A DNA stretch of 64,000 bases from Antedon mediterranea. Its lineage: Eukaryota; Animalia; Echinodermata. The position numbers were made by a program, and so were the translations under genes. This document shows, piece by piece, positions 38,786 to 51,292 of this stretch (positions are counted from its first letter, which is position 1; every line of letters starts with the position of its first letter). Where the stretch lies: positions 3,618,101 through 3,682,100 of the forward strand of contig NC_092677.1 in assembly GCF_964355755.1 (NCBI RefSeq). Reading direction: 5' to 3'. Under the pieces are notes generated by a model. That model worked only from the letters and a program-made list of their open reading frames with translations, searched no databases and had not been told where the DNA came from.

Positions 38786-38802
38786 CGCCGGGAGCCAATC
38801 AG
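38786..38802 (-). promoter_or_regulatory. Conserved CCAAT-box motif (GGAGCCAATC) upstream of the AAC4-like paralogs
   Basis: The same motif lies upstream of all three copies: ~38791, ~55110 (GGAGCCAAATC) and ~57981. Confidence 0.4.
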
Positions 38803-38869
38803 CTTTCAAATACGCTATGATGTAAGATTTTGACAATAAGTGAAATCGGACGCCATCACTGTGATGCAT

Positions 38870-39185
38870 AGTGGCCAAATCTAGCATAATTATGCCGTCT
38901 AGCATAATTTTGACCCACTAGGAATAATTTTTAAAAATCTTGCATAATCTGGCATAATTCTAAAAAAAAACAATTTTTTATTTTTTCGAACAAATCTACC
39001 ATAATATTGTAAGCAAATCTAGCATAATTTGGCCAAAAACCCGATATAACCATTTTTTGTTTTGTTTTTCGCTGTTGTGACATGGTACATACAACATTAT
39101 ATACCATGTTTTGGTGACATTCTCCTATAATTGTGCCTAGAATAATGACATAATTCTGTGCTGCCACCTAGCATAATTTTGTTTT
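38870..39185. repeat. Cluster of CTAGCATAATT motifs, probably a subterminal fragment of a DNA transposon
   Basis: About eight copies of (CTA)GCATAATT-like motifs in ~310 bp. Confidence 0.4.
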
Positions 39186-40058
39186 CATCGCCAAACTGCT
39201 GTGATGTGGACTTCATTTGAACATGATAATATTTAATCAAATATGTGACTATATTATTAATATCAATATTAAATTTATTAATATTATTATCATGTAGGCC
39301 TACGAATGTTTTTTTAATGATATCATCAAAGCAGCAACGTGACATTTAAAATTTACATTTACATTAAATTTAAAAAAAGGTTAAATACATTGCTAACATT
39401 AGCCCTATTTGTGCTGTTAAACTCCGATTTAATCCGATGTGTATCCTCCAAAACAAGTGAGAAATGTTTGATTTACAATGGGGATTAACAATCGGATTAA
39501 CTTTGCGTTTAAAATTAAGTGTACGTACGTTACGTATGATATAGGCAATAGAGATATTACTCTATGTATAGGCCTACCTGTAAAATCTATCAAATGTATA
39601 TAACGACAACTAATAGGCCTATACATACTACGAGCAAACGTCGGAGTAACTATCTGTCTCTGCACATGTACGTTAATTTAATATTGTTTATTTCATTTTA
39701 TAACCGTCAACATTTACTGTATATTCTCACAATTTGATTCCTATATTCGAGAAGCGACGACAGATTTTCGTTATTAATAACACCCGATTATCTAAATAGG
39801 CCTAACAATGTTTACGATTTGTAAAACTAAACAACTGTTGCTGTATTGATGAATGGTTTATTTTATCCATTGAAAGTTGTTACATAAATTTAAATACGCT
39901 TCAATAATCCTATTCAGTTTGTGTCACGCAATTTATTTTTAGCCAACAATGTATTGTATGAAGGTTTGCAAGGCAAAAATCAATGTGATGATATTGCGGT
40001 AGGCCTACACCATGAATGTAGTTCCGAAAAGAACTGTTGAGCTTCGTCACATTTCGAT

Positions 40059-41130
40059 CAATATGCTTCGATCGTCCGCACTCTCACTACAATCAATATT
40101 GATAAAACGTCGATAAAATCAACAGTTCTCTTCTTATTTTCGTCGTATCCGCAAACTTTATATGATCATGCGTGTTACCGAAAATGTCAATTTCATAAAT
40201 GTATGTCTTCTTTGATTTGATTCTAAATCAGAATGTATATTTTTTGGCGTAAAATTCAACAATATGGTTAATAAAACCCCAAAGCACCGACAACAATAAT
40301 AGCATTTTAATGCGTTTTGGCTTAATTTAGTTTTTAGCACTTAGCATTCAATATATGCTATCAATTTGAAAAAAATTGAAAACTATTTTATATGAAGTCA
40401 CTGCTAACAATAAACAAGCGATTACAATATTAAACTTTTCTAGGATTATGATTAGCAATTTGCTTAACAGAGCATTATGATTCCAGGGCGTGTTTTAAGA
40501 ATAATATATTGCGGTCATTTGAGATACCCAGTGTATAATTATGGTTGCGTGCAATTAGCAAAAGATATGTATCAGTTAATGGACAACGTACAAGAGCTTT
40601 TATTTATAATGCAGACAATTTTAAAAATCGTCAGAGACGTTGACCAATATTGCAAGTGCTTGTGATTGGTCAAAATTACATACGTTGCATACAACACCCG
40701 ATTCTGACTGTATATAAAGTTTACCGTTGCGCGGTTAAAGCCTGTTTTCTTGTCGACGTTATTCGACGCTATCGTTAACAATAATCGGCGATCATCTGCG
40801 TAAACATAGAAATGTTAACGATTTACAGGAAAAGGTACTCGCTATCGTTATCATTTCAACTTGATCGTTTTCAAACGATCGTCGTTGAACTGTTACTGGT
40901 TTGTTTATCCGTTTAAGTCTGTTTTCCTGTCGACGTTATTTGACGCTATCGTCGTTGATCGTTAAAAGTTCAACGACGATCGTAACAATATGCTTCGATC
41001 GTCCGCACTCTCACTACAATCAGTATTGATAAAACGTCGATAAAATCAACTCTTCTTTTTATTTTTTACATTGTATCGCAAACTTCATACTGTTATAATT
41101 ATCAAATGCGTGTTAGCGCAAAATTCAATC
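40059..41130. repeat. Direct repeat pair (~130 bp at 40061 and 40988) with further internal duplicated motifs
   Basis: ATATGCTTCGATCGTCCGCACTCTCACTACAATCA.TATTGATAAAACGTCGATAAAATCAAC occurs twice. TGTCGACGTTATT.GACGCTATCGT occurs at ~40751 and ~40928. Confidence 0.7.
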
Positions 41131-41248
41131 TTCATTTCAATCTTTCTTATTTCTTTACACTTTTACAAGGCATGTAAGCATATTCGCTTTGATTTGCAAA
41201 CCTAAATAAGAATGTAATTGTATTATCTATATAAATCCAAAGGCAAAT

Positions 41249-44200
41249 TACTGAAAAAAATGACAATGCTGTGGGTATCAGTGGCTGGATCTCAATGGAT
41301 ATACAAAATAAAATAAGCACTGACAAAAATGACAATGCTGTGGGTATCAGTGTCTGGATCTCAATGGAGATACAAAATAAAATAAGCACTGAAAAAATGA
41401 CAATGCTGTGGGTATCAGTGGCTGGATCTCAATGGAGATACAAAATAAAATAAGCACTGAAAAAATGACAATGCTGTGGGTATCAGTGTCTGGATCTCAA
41501 TGGAGATACAAAATAAAATAAGCACTGAAAAAATGACAATGCTGTGGGTATCAGTGTCTGGATCTCAATGGAGATACAAAATAAAAAAAGCACTGAAAAA
41601 ATGACAATGCTGTGGGTATCAGTGGCTGGATCTCAATGGAGATACAAAATAAAATAAGCACTGAAAAAAATGACAATGCTGTGGGTATCAGTGGCTGGAT
41701 CTCAATGGAGATACAAATTAAAATAAGCACTGACAAAAATGACAATGCTGTGGGTATCAGTGCCTGGATCTCAATGGAGATACAAAATAAAATAAGCACT
41801 GAAAAAAATGACAATGCTGTGGGTATCAGTGGCTGGATCTCAATGGAGATACAAAATAAAATAAGCACTGAAAAAAATGACAATGCTGTGGGTATCAGTG
41901 GCTGGATCTCAATGGAGATACAAAATAAAAAAAGCACTGAAAAAATGACAATGCTGTGGGTATCAGTGGCTGGATCTCAATGGAGATACAAAATAAAATA
42001 AGCACTGAAAAAAATGACAATGCTGTGGGTATCAGTGGCTGGATCTCAATGGAGATACAAAATAAAAAAAGCACTGAAAAAATGACAATGCTGTGGGTAT
42101 CAGTGGCTGGATCTCAATGGAGATACAAATTAAAATAAGCACTGACAAAATGACAATGCTGTGGGTATCAGTGGCTGGATCTCAATGGAGATACAAAATA
42201 AAAAAAGCACTGAAAAAATGACAATGCTGTGGGTATCAGTGGCTGGATCTCAATGGAGATACAAATTAAAATAAGCACTGACAAAAATGACAATGCTGTG
42301 GGGTATCAGTGGCTGGATCTCAATGGAGATACAAAATAAAATAAGCACTGAAAAAATGACAATGATGTGGGTATCAGTGGCTGGATCTCAATGGAGATAC
42401 AAAATAAAATAAGCACTGAAAAAAATGACAATGCTGTGGGTATCAGTGGCTGGATCTCAATGGAGATACAAATTAAAATAAGCACTGAAAAAATGACAAT
42501 GATGTGGGTATCAGTGCCTGGATCTCAATGGAGATACAAATAAAATAAGCAATAAAAAAATTACAATGCTGTGGGTATCAGTGGCTGGATCTCAATGGAG
42601 ATACAAAATAAAATAAGCACTGAAAAAATGACAATGCTGTGGGTATCAGTGGCTGGATCTCAATGGAGATACAAATTAAAATAAGCACTGAAAAAATGAC
42701 AATGCTGTGGGTATCAGTGGCTGGATCTCAATGGAGATACAAAATAAAATAAGCACTGACAAAAATGACAATGCTGTGGGTATCAGTGGCTGGATCTCAA
42801 TGGAGATACAAATTAAAATAAGCACTGACAAAAATGACAATGCTGTGGGTATCAGTGGCTGGATCTCAATGGAGATACAAAATAAAATAAGCACTGAAAA
42901 AATGACAATGCTGTGGGTATCAGTGCCTGGATCTCAATGGAGATACAAAATAAAATAAGCACTGAAAAAATGACAATGCTGTGGGTATCAGTGGCTGGAT
43001 CTCAATGGAGATACAAAATAAAATAAGCACTGAAAAAATGACAATGCTGTGGGTATCAGTGGCTGGATCTCAATGGAGATACAAAATAAAAAAAGCACTG
43101 AAAAAATGACAATGCTGTGGGTATCAGTGCCTGGATCTCAATGGAGATACAAAATAAAATAAGCACTGAAAAAATGACAATGCTGTGGGTATCAGTGGCT
43201 GGATCTCAATGGAGATACAAAATAAAAAAAGCACTGAAAAAATGACAATGCTGTGGGTATCAGTGCCTGGATCTCAATGGAGATACAAAATAAAATAAGC
43301 ACTGAAAAAATGACAATGCTGTGGGTATCAGTGGCTGGATCTCAATGGAGATGCAAAATAAAATAAGCACTGAAAAAAATGACAATGCTGTGGGTATCAG
43401 TGCCTGGATCTCAATGGAGATACAAAATAAAATAAGCACTGAAAAAATGACAATGCTGTGGGTATCAGTGCCTGGATCTCAATGGAGATACAAAATAAAA
43501 TAAGCACTGAAAAAATGACAATGCTGTGGGTATCAGTGGCTGGATCTCAATGGAGATACAAAATAAAATAAGCACTGAAAAAATGACAATGCTGTGGGTA
43601 TCAGTGCCTGGATCTCAATGGAGATACAAAATAAAATAAGCACTGAAAAAATGACAATGCTGTGGGTATCAGTGGCTGGATCTCAATGGAGATACAAAAT
43701 AAAATAAGCACTGAAAAAATGACAATGCTGTGGGTATCAGTGGCTGGATCTCAATGGAGATACAAAATAAAATAAGCACTGAAAAAATGACAATGCTGTG
43801 GGTATCAGTGCCTGGATCTCAATGGAGATACAAAATAAAATAAGCACTGAAAAAATGACAATGCTGTGGGTATCAGTGGCTGGATCTCAATGGAGATACA
43901 AAATAAAATAAGCACTGAAAAAATGACAATGCTGTGGGTATCAGTGGCTGGATCTCAATGGAGATACAAAATAAAAAAAGCACTGAAAAAATGACAATGC
44001 TGTGGGTATCAGTGGCTGGATCTCAATGGAGATACAAAATAAAATAAGCACTGAAAAAATGACAATGCTGTGGGTATCAGTGCCTGGATCTCAATGGAGA
44101 TACAAAATAAAATAAGCACTGACAAAAATGACAATGCTGTGGGTATCAGTGGCTGGATCTCAATGGAGATACAAAATAAAATAAGCACTGAAAAAATGAC

Positions 44201-47200
44201 AATGCTGTGGGTATCAGTGGCTGGATCTCAATGGAGATACAAAATAAAAAAAGCACTGAAAAAATGACAATGCTGTGGGTATCAGTGTCTGGATCTCAAT
44301 GGAGATACAAAATAAAATAAGCACTGAAAAAATGACAATGCTGTGGGTATCAGTGGCTGGATCTCAATGGAGATGCAAAATAAAATAAGCACTGAAAAAA
44401 TGACAATGCTGTGGGTATCAGTGTCTGGATCTCAATGGAGATACAAAATAAAATAAGCACTGAAAAAATGACAATGCTGTGGGTATCAGTGGCTGGATCT
44501 CAATGGAGATGCAAAATAAAATAAGCACTGAAAAAATGACAATGCTGTGGGTATCAGTGGCTGGATCTCAATGGAGATACAAAATAAAATAAGCACTGAA
44601 AAAATGACAATGCTGTGGGTATCAGTGTCTGGATCTCAATGGAGATACAAAATAAAATAAGCACTGAAAAAATGACAATGCTGTGGGTATCAGTGGCTGG
44701 ATCTCAATGGAGATACAAAATAAAATAAGCACTGAAAAAATGACAATGCTGTGGGTATCAGTGGCTGGATCTCAATGGAGATACAAAATAAAAAAAGCAC
44801 TGAAAAAATGACAATGCTGTGGGTATCAGTGGCTGGATCTCAATGGAGATACAAAATAAAATAAGCACTGAATAAATGACAATGCTGTTGGTATCAGTGC
44901 CTGGATCTCAATGGAGATACAAAATAAAATAAGCACTGACAAAAATGACAATGCTGTGGGTATCAGTGGCTGGATCTCAATGGAGATACAAAATAAAATA
45001 AGCACTGAAAAAATGACAATGCTGTGGGTATCAGTGGCTGGATCTCAATGGAGATACAAAATAAAAAAAGCACTGAAAAAATGACAATGCTGTGGGTATC
45101 AGTGTCTGGATCTCAATGGAGATACAAAATAAAATAAGCACTGAAAAAATGACAATGCTGTGGGTATCAGTGGCTGGATCTCAATGGAGATGCAAAATAA
45201 AATAAGCACTGAAAAAATGACAATGCTGTGGGTATCAGTGTCTGGATCTCAATGGAGATACAAAATAAAATAAGCACTGAAAAAATGACAATGCTGTGGG
45301 TATCAGTGGCTGGATCTCAATGGAGATGCAAAATAAAATAAGCACTGAAAAAATGACAATGCTGTGGGTATCAGTGGCTGGATCTCAATGGAGATACAAA
45401 ATAAAATAAGCACTGAAAAAATGACAATGCTGTGGGTATCAGTGTCTGGATCTCAATGGAGATACAAAATAAAATAAGCACTGAAAAAATGACAATGCTG
45501 TGGGTATCAATGGCTGGATCTCAATGGAGATACAAAATAAAATAAGCACTGAAAAAATGACAATGCTGTGGGTATCAGTGGCTGGATCTCAATGGAGATA
45601 CAAAATAAAATAAGCACTGAAAAAATGACAATGCTGTGGGTATCAGTGGCTGGATCTCAATGGAGATACAAAATAAAAAAAGCACTGAAAAAATGACAAT
45701 GCTGTGGGAATCAGTGGCTGGATCTCAATGGAGATACAAAATAAAATAAGCACTGAAAAAATGACAATGCTGTGGGTATCAGTGCCTGGATCTCAATGGA
45801 GATACAAAATAAAATAAGCACTGACAAAAATGACAATGCTGTGGGTATCAGTGGCTGGATCTCAATGGAGATACAAAATAAAATAAGCACTGAAAAAATG
45901 ACAATGCTGTGGGTATCAGTGGCTGGATCTCAATGGAGATACAAAATAAAAAAAAGCACTGAAAAAATGACAATGCTGTGGGTATCAGTGTCTGGATCTC
46001 AATGGAGATACAAAATAAAATAAGCACTGAAAAAATGACAATGCTGTGGGTATCAGTGGCTGGATCTCAATGGAGATGCAAAATAAAATAAGCACTGAAA
46101 AAATGACAATGCTGTGGGTATCAGTGTCTGGATCTCAATGGAGATACAAAATAAAATAAGCACTGAAAAAATGACAATGCTGTGGGTATCAGTGGCTGGA
46201 TCTCAATGGAGATGCAAAATAAAATAAGCACTGAAAAAATGACAATGCTGTGGGTATCAGTGGCTGGATCTCAATGGAGATACAAAATAAAATAAGCACT
46301 GAAAAAATGACAATGCTGTGGGTATCAGTGGCTGGATCTCAATGGAGATACAAAATAAAATAAACACTGAAAAAATGACAATGCTGTGGGTATCAGTGGC
46401 TGGATCTCAATGGAGATGCAAAATAAAATAAGCACTGAAAAAATGACAATGCTGTGGGTATCAGTGGCTGGATCTCAATGGAGATACAAAATAAAATAAG
46501 CACTGAAAAAATGACAATGCTGTGGGTATCAGTGTCTGGATCTCAATGGAGATACAAAATAAAATAAGCACTGAAAAAATGACAATGCTGTGGGTATCAA
46601 TGGCTGGATCTCAATGGAGATACAAAATAAAATAAGCACTGAAAAAATGACAATGCTGTGGGTATCAGTGGCTGGATCTCAATGGAGATACAAAATAAAA
46701 TAAGCACTGAAAAAATGACAATGCTGTGGGTATCAGTGGCTGGATCTCAATGGAGATACAAAATAAAAAAAGCACTGAAAAAATGACAATGCTGTGGGTA
46801 TCAGTGGCTGGATCTCAATGGAGATACAAAATAAAATAAGCACTGAAAAAATGACAATGCTGTGGGTATCAGTGCCTGGATCTCAATGGAGATACAAAAT
46901 AAAATAAGCACTGACAAAAATGACAATGCTGTGGGTATCAGTGGCTGGATCTCAATGGAGATACAAAATAAAATAAGCACTGAAAAAATGACAATGCTGT
47001 GGGTATCAGTGGCTGGATCTCAATGGAGATACAAAATAAAAAAAGCACTGAAAAAATGACAATGCTGTGGGTATCAGTGTCTGGATCTCAATGGAGATAC
47101 AAAATAAAATAAGCACTGAAAAAATGACAATGCTGTGGGTATCAGTGGCTGGATCTCAATGGAGATGCAAAATAAAATAAGCACTGAAAAAATGACAATG

Positions 47201-47510
47201 CTGTGGGTATCAGTGTCTGGATCTCAATGGAGATACAAAATAAAATAAGCACTGAAAAAATGACAATGCTGTGGGTATCAGTGGCTGGATCTCAATGGAG
47301 ATGCAAAATAAAATAAGCACTGAAAAAATGACAATGCTGTGGGTATCAGTGGCTGGATCTCAATGGAGATACAAAATAAAATAAGCACTGAAAAAATGAC
47401 AATGCTGTGGGTATCAGTGGCTGGATCTCAATGGAGATACAAAATAAAATAAACACTGAAAAAATGACAATGCTGTGGGTATCAATGGCTGGATCTCAAT
47501 GGAGATGCAA
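41249..47510. repeat. 68-bp tandem satellite, about 92 copies, highly homogeneous
   Basis: Unit CTGAAAAAATGACAATGCTGTGGGTATCAGTGGCTGGATCTCAATGGAGATACAAAATAAAATAAGCA, with 69-bp variants. Confidence 0.98.
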
Positions 47511-47554
47511 AAAAAAAGCGAAAAGCTAAATCAAAACGATAAGTAAAACAGCCA

Positions 47555-47598
47555 GAAAAGTTAGCAGAGCTTTCGGGCAACACATAGCCCTTCATCAG
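47555..47598 (-). ncRNA. Minimal hammerhead ribozyme core (Penelope/retrozyme type)
   Basis: Minus strand reads CUGAUGA-A-GGGC-uauguguu-GCCC-GAA-AGC-ucu-GCU-A: conserved core, stem II, short stem III and a CUA cleavage triplet (cut after 47562). The 5' strand of stem I is missing, replaced by the adjacent Helitron-like repeat. Confidence 0.65.
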
Positions 47599-47599
47599 T

Positions 47600-47791
47600 T
47601 CTATATATAAATCTACGTAAGGGCAAAATTCGGTAAATCGCGCGTTACTTCTAGGATGTTTACTCGATGGTATATCAAGTTGGTTCGTACTTTCGGTACT
47701 GATTTTAACCACCTGATGTAACCTTGGTTACTAATTAATTTGAGTTAGATAATTAGTTATTGACAATTAAAACGAATTTAGGTTCAATGAT
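47600..47791 (+). mobile_element. Helitron-like 5' end fragment (copy 1)
   Basis: Starts TCTATATATAAA; ~190 bp highly similar to 49523-49715. Confidence 0.55.
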
Positions 47792-48742
47792 TTACGCCAT
47801 GTATTTTCCTCCAAAAAAACATGAACAATGAAGATTACTTTAAAAAGCCATTTCGAAGTATAAATTAAGTTAATCACTTCTGTTTTCACTAAAAGACAAA
47901 ATAAACTGTTTTTCAGGTAAATTGGATCCAGTGTTTGGTCAAAGTGTGTAAGTATTATGTATTGTTATGTATTGTGTGAAGGAAATTGAACGAACTGATG
48001 GAGTTTCCATGACGATTGAATAATTCACTTTAAACTAAACTTTTAAAATTTGAATTCTTAATTTTTTTAATTTGTCAAACATTAGGGGGTAAGCAGAAGT
48101 GAAGGAGCTGTTTTTCGAACTCAGGCGTGTTTTGCGTAGCTTTCAATATAGGCCTATTCCTATAAAAAAAAAAGAGAAATACGAATGGACATTTTCTTTG
48201 TCAAATCAAAATTAATGTGCACAGGCCTATATTGAATGAATTCATTTTAATTATTTAGTGTATGTTGCACAACAAAAGTAAAAAAAAAATCTTCAATGCT
48301 AATGGAGCTTGTTTTATAGATATACATACATAATTATCATATATAAAATATTCTTTTTTAACTGATGTTAACAAGATGTTCCTTGTTTAGATATTTTATA
48401 TATACCAATTATACTCTTGTAAAGATATGGTTGTTTGAAAATTAGCTATATTATGCATTTGTCTTAATTTTTATTTAAGATGAGTAAAATGAGTTACTAC
48501 ATGACTCCGTTTCTGTCTTCAAAAGTGTTGCGTTAAAGCAACAATGCAACAACTACAATAAAATAGAGAACATAGGATAATAATTATGTCACATTCTTAT
48601 AAAAATATGCCAACATAGATTATTAAATACTAGTTATGATGTTCTTCATTTGATTTTCTGCCGTTCATATTTGAGCTTGCGTACAGTAGTAGTGAAGATT
48701 ATGTTTATTTAGGAGGTAGATTATTTAGTGTCGAATTGATGA

Positions 48743-48931
48743 AGCATTTTGTTCCAGAGCGTAACCTGGTACGACTTCATCAGCATATCAAGCAACTCTT
48801 ATGGTTACAGAGCTTTCGCCACAGCAGTGCTGCTCCATATCTGTAAAACCCTGCCGATCTTAGTTCGCCAATGTACTTAACTTAGATTCGTTAACATTTT
48901 TATTAAAAACTCATCTTTTTGCCCAGGCTTA
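48743..48931 (+). mobile_element. Decayed L2-like LINE 3' coding fragment
   Basis: Frameshifted SYGYRAFATA..P and LKTHLFAQAY motifs. Confidence 0.45.
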
Positions 48932-48989
48932 TATCATGGAGGTATTTATACCTCCATGCTTATATATAAAGTCAAAATGCTTCGTATTT

Positions 48990-49522
48990 AAATTTGCAAT
49001 TTGTACAGGACGAAATTAGAAACATGTTCATTGATACGAGAAACAAAAATAATGTGTATATCATCAAAAAGAACACAAACATGGGACAAAGGGGAATATC
49101 TTATGAAGGGCCAAGAATATGGAACAATATTAGTAACGAAATTAGAATGAGTAATAATTTGTATAATTTCAAAAGGAAAATTAAAAGTTTATATATTATT
49201 GAATACAGGAACAATGTAAATAGGTGTTTATGTTATGAACATTTTTTAATTTGTAATCGCATATTATGAACTGAATTATCAATTGTTGTTTTTATAATAA
49301 TTAATATCAATAGTTTAAAATGTTAAAGTTTAAGTTGTTTCACTATTGAGAGGGGCGCCCAAATTAAAGCTTGCTTGCTGTGGCGTCCCTTTTCCACTTA
49401 CCAACTTCTTTTCTTGCATTATATTATTTATGTTCATTTTCAGTTGTATATTTACAGTATTATGCTACTCTGTATTTTGCTTTATTATTTGTGGAAATAA
49501 ATAAATATTATTATTATTATTA
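48990..49522 (+). mobile_element. Crack/CR1-group LINE 3' fragment with stem-loop 3' UTR and (TAT)n tail
   Basis: ORF motif QRGISYEGPRIWNNI...FKRKIK, GC hairpin at 49350-49390, then AATAAA and (TAT)n. Confidence 0.75.
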
Positions 49523-49715
49523 TCTATATATAAATTTACGTAAGGGCAAAATTCGGTAAATCGCGCGTTATTTCTAGAATGTTTACTCGATGGTATATAA
49601 AGTTGGTTCGTACTTTCGGTACTGATTTTAACCACCTGATGTAACCCTGTTTAGTAATTAAATTGAGTTAGATAATTAGTTATTGACGATTAAAACGAAT
49701 TTAGGTTCAACGATT
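49523..49715 (+). mobile_element. Helitron-like 5' end (copy 2)
   Basis: A|TCTATATATAAA start; duplicate of 47600-47791. Confidence 0.55.
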
Positions 49716-49995
49716 TGCCCCAAATAGGGGTGTTTTTCGATCGTGGTATACACTGTCTAATGGATGTCCGTCTTGAAAAATACCCGTAGACGATAATACG
49801 AGGATGCTTCGCATTTTCCTATCTCCTCCTACGATAATTGTTTTTAATGGCTGAAAACCGGTCGAACAGCTCGAGTACAGCATCATAATGTTGAAGACAG
49901 GCCGATTTTCTTTAAAAATCCCTCCTTGCACTAAACCTTGACGTGGTGGATTGGCTTGCGTGTTTTGTTGATCCGGAGAGCTATGCTGGCGGGAG

Positions 49996-50926
49996 GCGAT
50001 TTTTTTTTTCGTACATAAGTTGGGGACCCCCTCATGAAACGTCACAAAATAAACATGAATAATTCATCAGTTAAATTTTCTTGTTCCGTGTGCACCCAAG
50101 CGTATAGCAACAAGAAGTGATTACACAAGTGCGGTACGATTCTAGGCCTATCTCCGCTGTTGTTGCGGCGTGCGATTTCATAGAAGATAGCGGCGTTTTG
50201 TGTGGATTGTCGAAATAATCAGCCTTTAGTTTATGGTGTTTTTAATATAATTTATTACTAAAGAATTACGTGTTAAAATTATAGTTTCTATTAATACTAT
50301 TAGGCCTAATTATTAGTCTCTAAACCCATGTCTATTCTAGTAGTAGCTGTGGGTGTGTGTGACGTGTGTGTGTTAGGTATGACCAAAGATAGTTATCTTT
50401 GGTATGACACAATCCGAGTAATAAGTCAGCAAAATTAAACAATAAATTACACAAAAATACATTTTTTTATTCTCGTGGGTCAAATCTTCCCATCTCATGT
50501 GTTCATATACGCGCATTTTTAAAGTTCCTTTGAGTAGCCTACATCATGCATATTGTTTGATAATAAAATAGCAGAATTAAAAAAATACAGTACACAAATT
50601 ATACACATTCTTTATTCTTGTGGGTCTAAGATTTCATTGGGCTATGTCCAATGAATTACTACTTAGTTTAATGTCTTGCCTAGCTGTCGATTAGCCTCGA
50701 CTCGACACATTTTGTGTGAAGAAGAGTGCGCGAAGGCAATCACGTGGATTGACTTAGAATCCTAGGCCTACTGTAGAAACGTATCGTATCGCAGTTGTGT
50801 AATCACTTCTTGTTGCTATACGCTTGGGTGCACACGGAACAACAAATTTAACTGATGAATTATTCATGTTTATTTTGTGACGTTTCATGAGGGGGTCCCC
50901 AACTTATGTACGAAAAAAAAAATCGC
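49996..50926. mobile_element. Mutator/MULE-like MITE with ~145-bp TIRs and a 9-bp TSD
   Basis: GCGATTTTTTTTTTCGTACATAAGTTGGGGACCCCC... is inverted at 50782-50926. TGGCGGGAG is duplicated at 49987-49995 and 50927-50935. Confidence 0.9.
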
Positions 50927-51292
50927 TGGCGGGAGCCTCGGCTCCTGGTAGGGTTACCCAAGCCAGACAGGTCAAAGGGGAGAAACCAGACGAAGATAGT
51001 GCAACCAAACCCATGGCGCGACTGTTCCAGCATCTGGCGGCAAAGTGGTAGTTGTGACCTCTGTGTCTGGAAGTAGCTTTCGACAAGTTATAACTATTTT
51101 TTAACTGGCTGTAGAATTGGCGAGCGCAGTCAGTATATTCAGCCACCGAAAGATTTAAATGACTACACAATTTCCCCGACGTTCATCCCGCATCGCTCGT
51201 CGCGCGGTTACCAAGGAGCACGTTCTACCGCTGTCCTGGATTCTCCAGCGGAGTCCGAAAAGTCAGCTAGAGATCCAAAAACAAAAACAAAA

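Noticed and set aside
41147-47059. Repetitive ORFs (MEIQNKISTEK...) in the 68-bp satellite
   Set aside because: The unit length is not a multiple of three; ORFs appear only where 69-bp variants cluster.
48765-48790. CTGATGAAG on the minus strand as a second hammerhead
   Set aside because: No stem II or GAAA follows, and it lies within a decayed L2 coding fragment.
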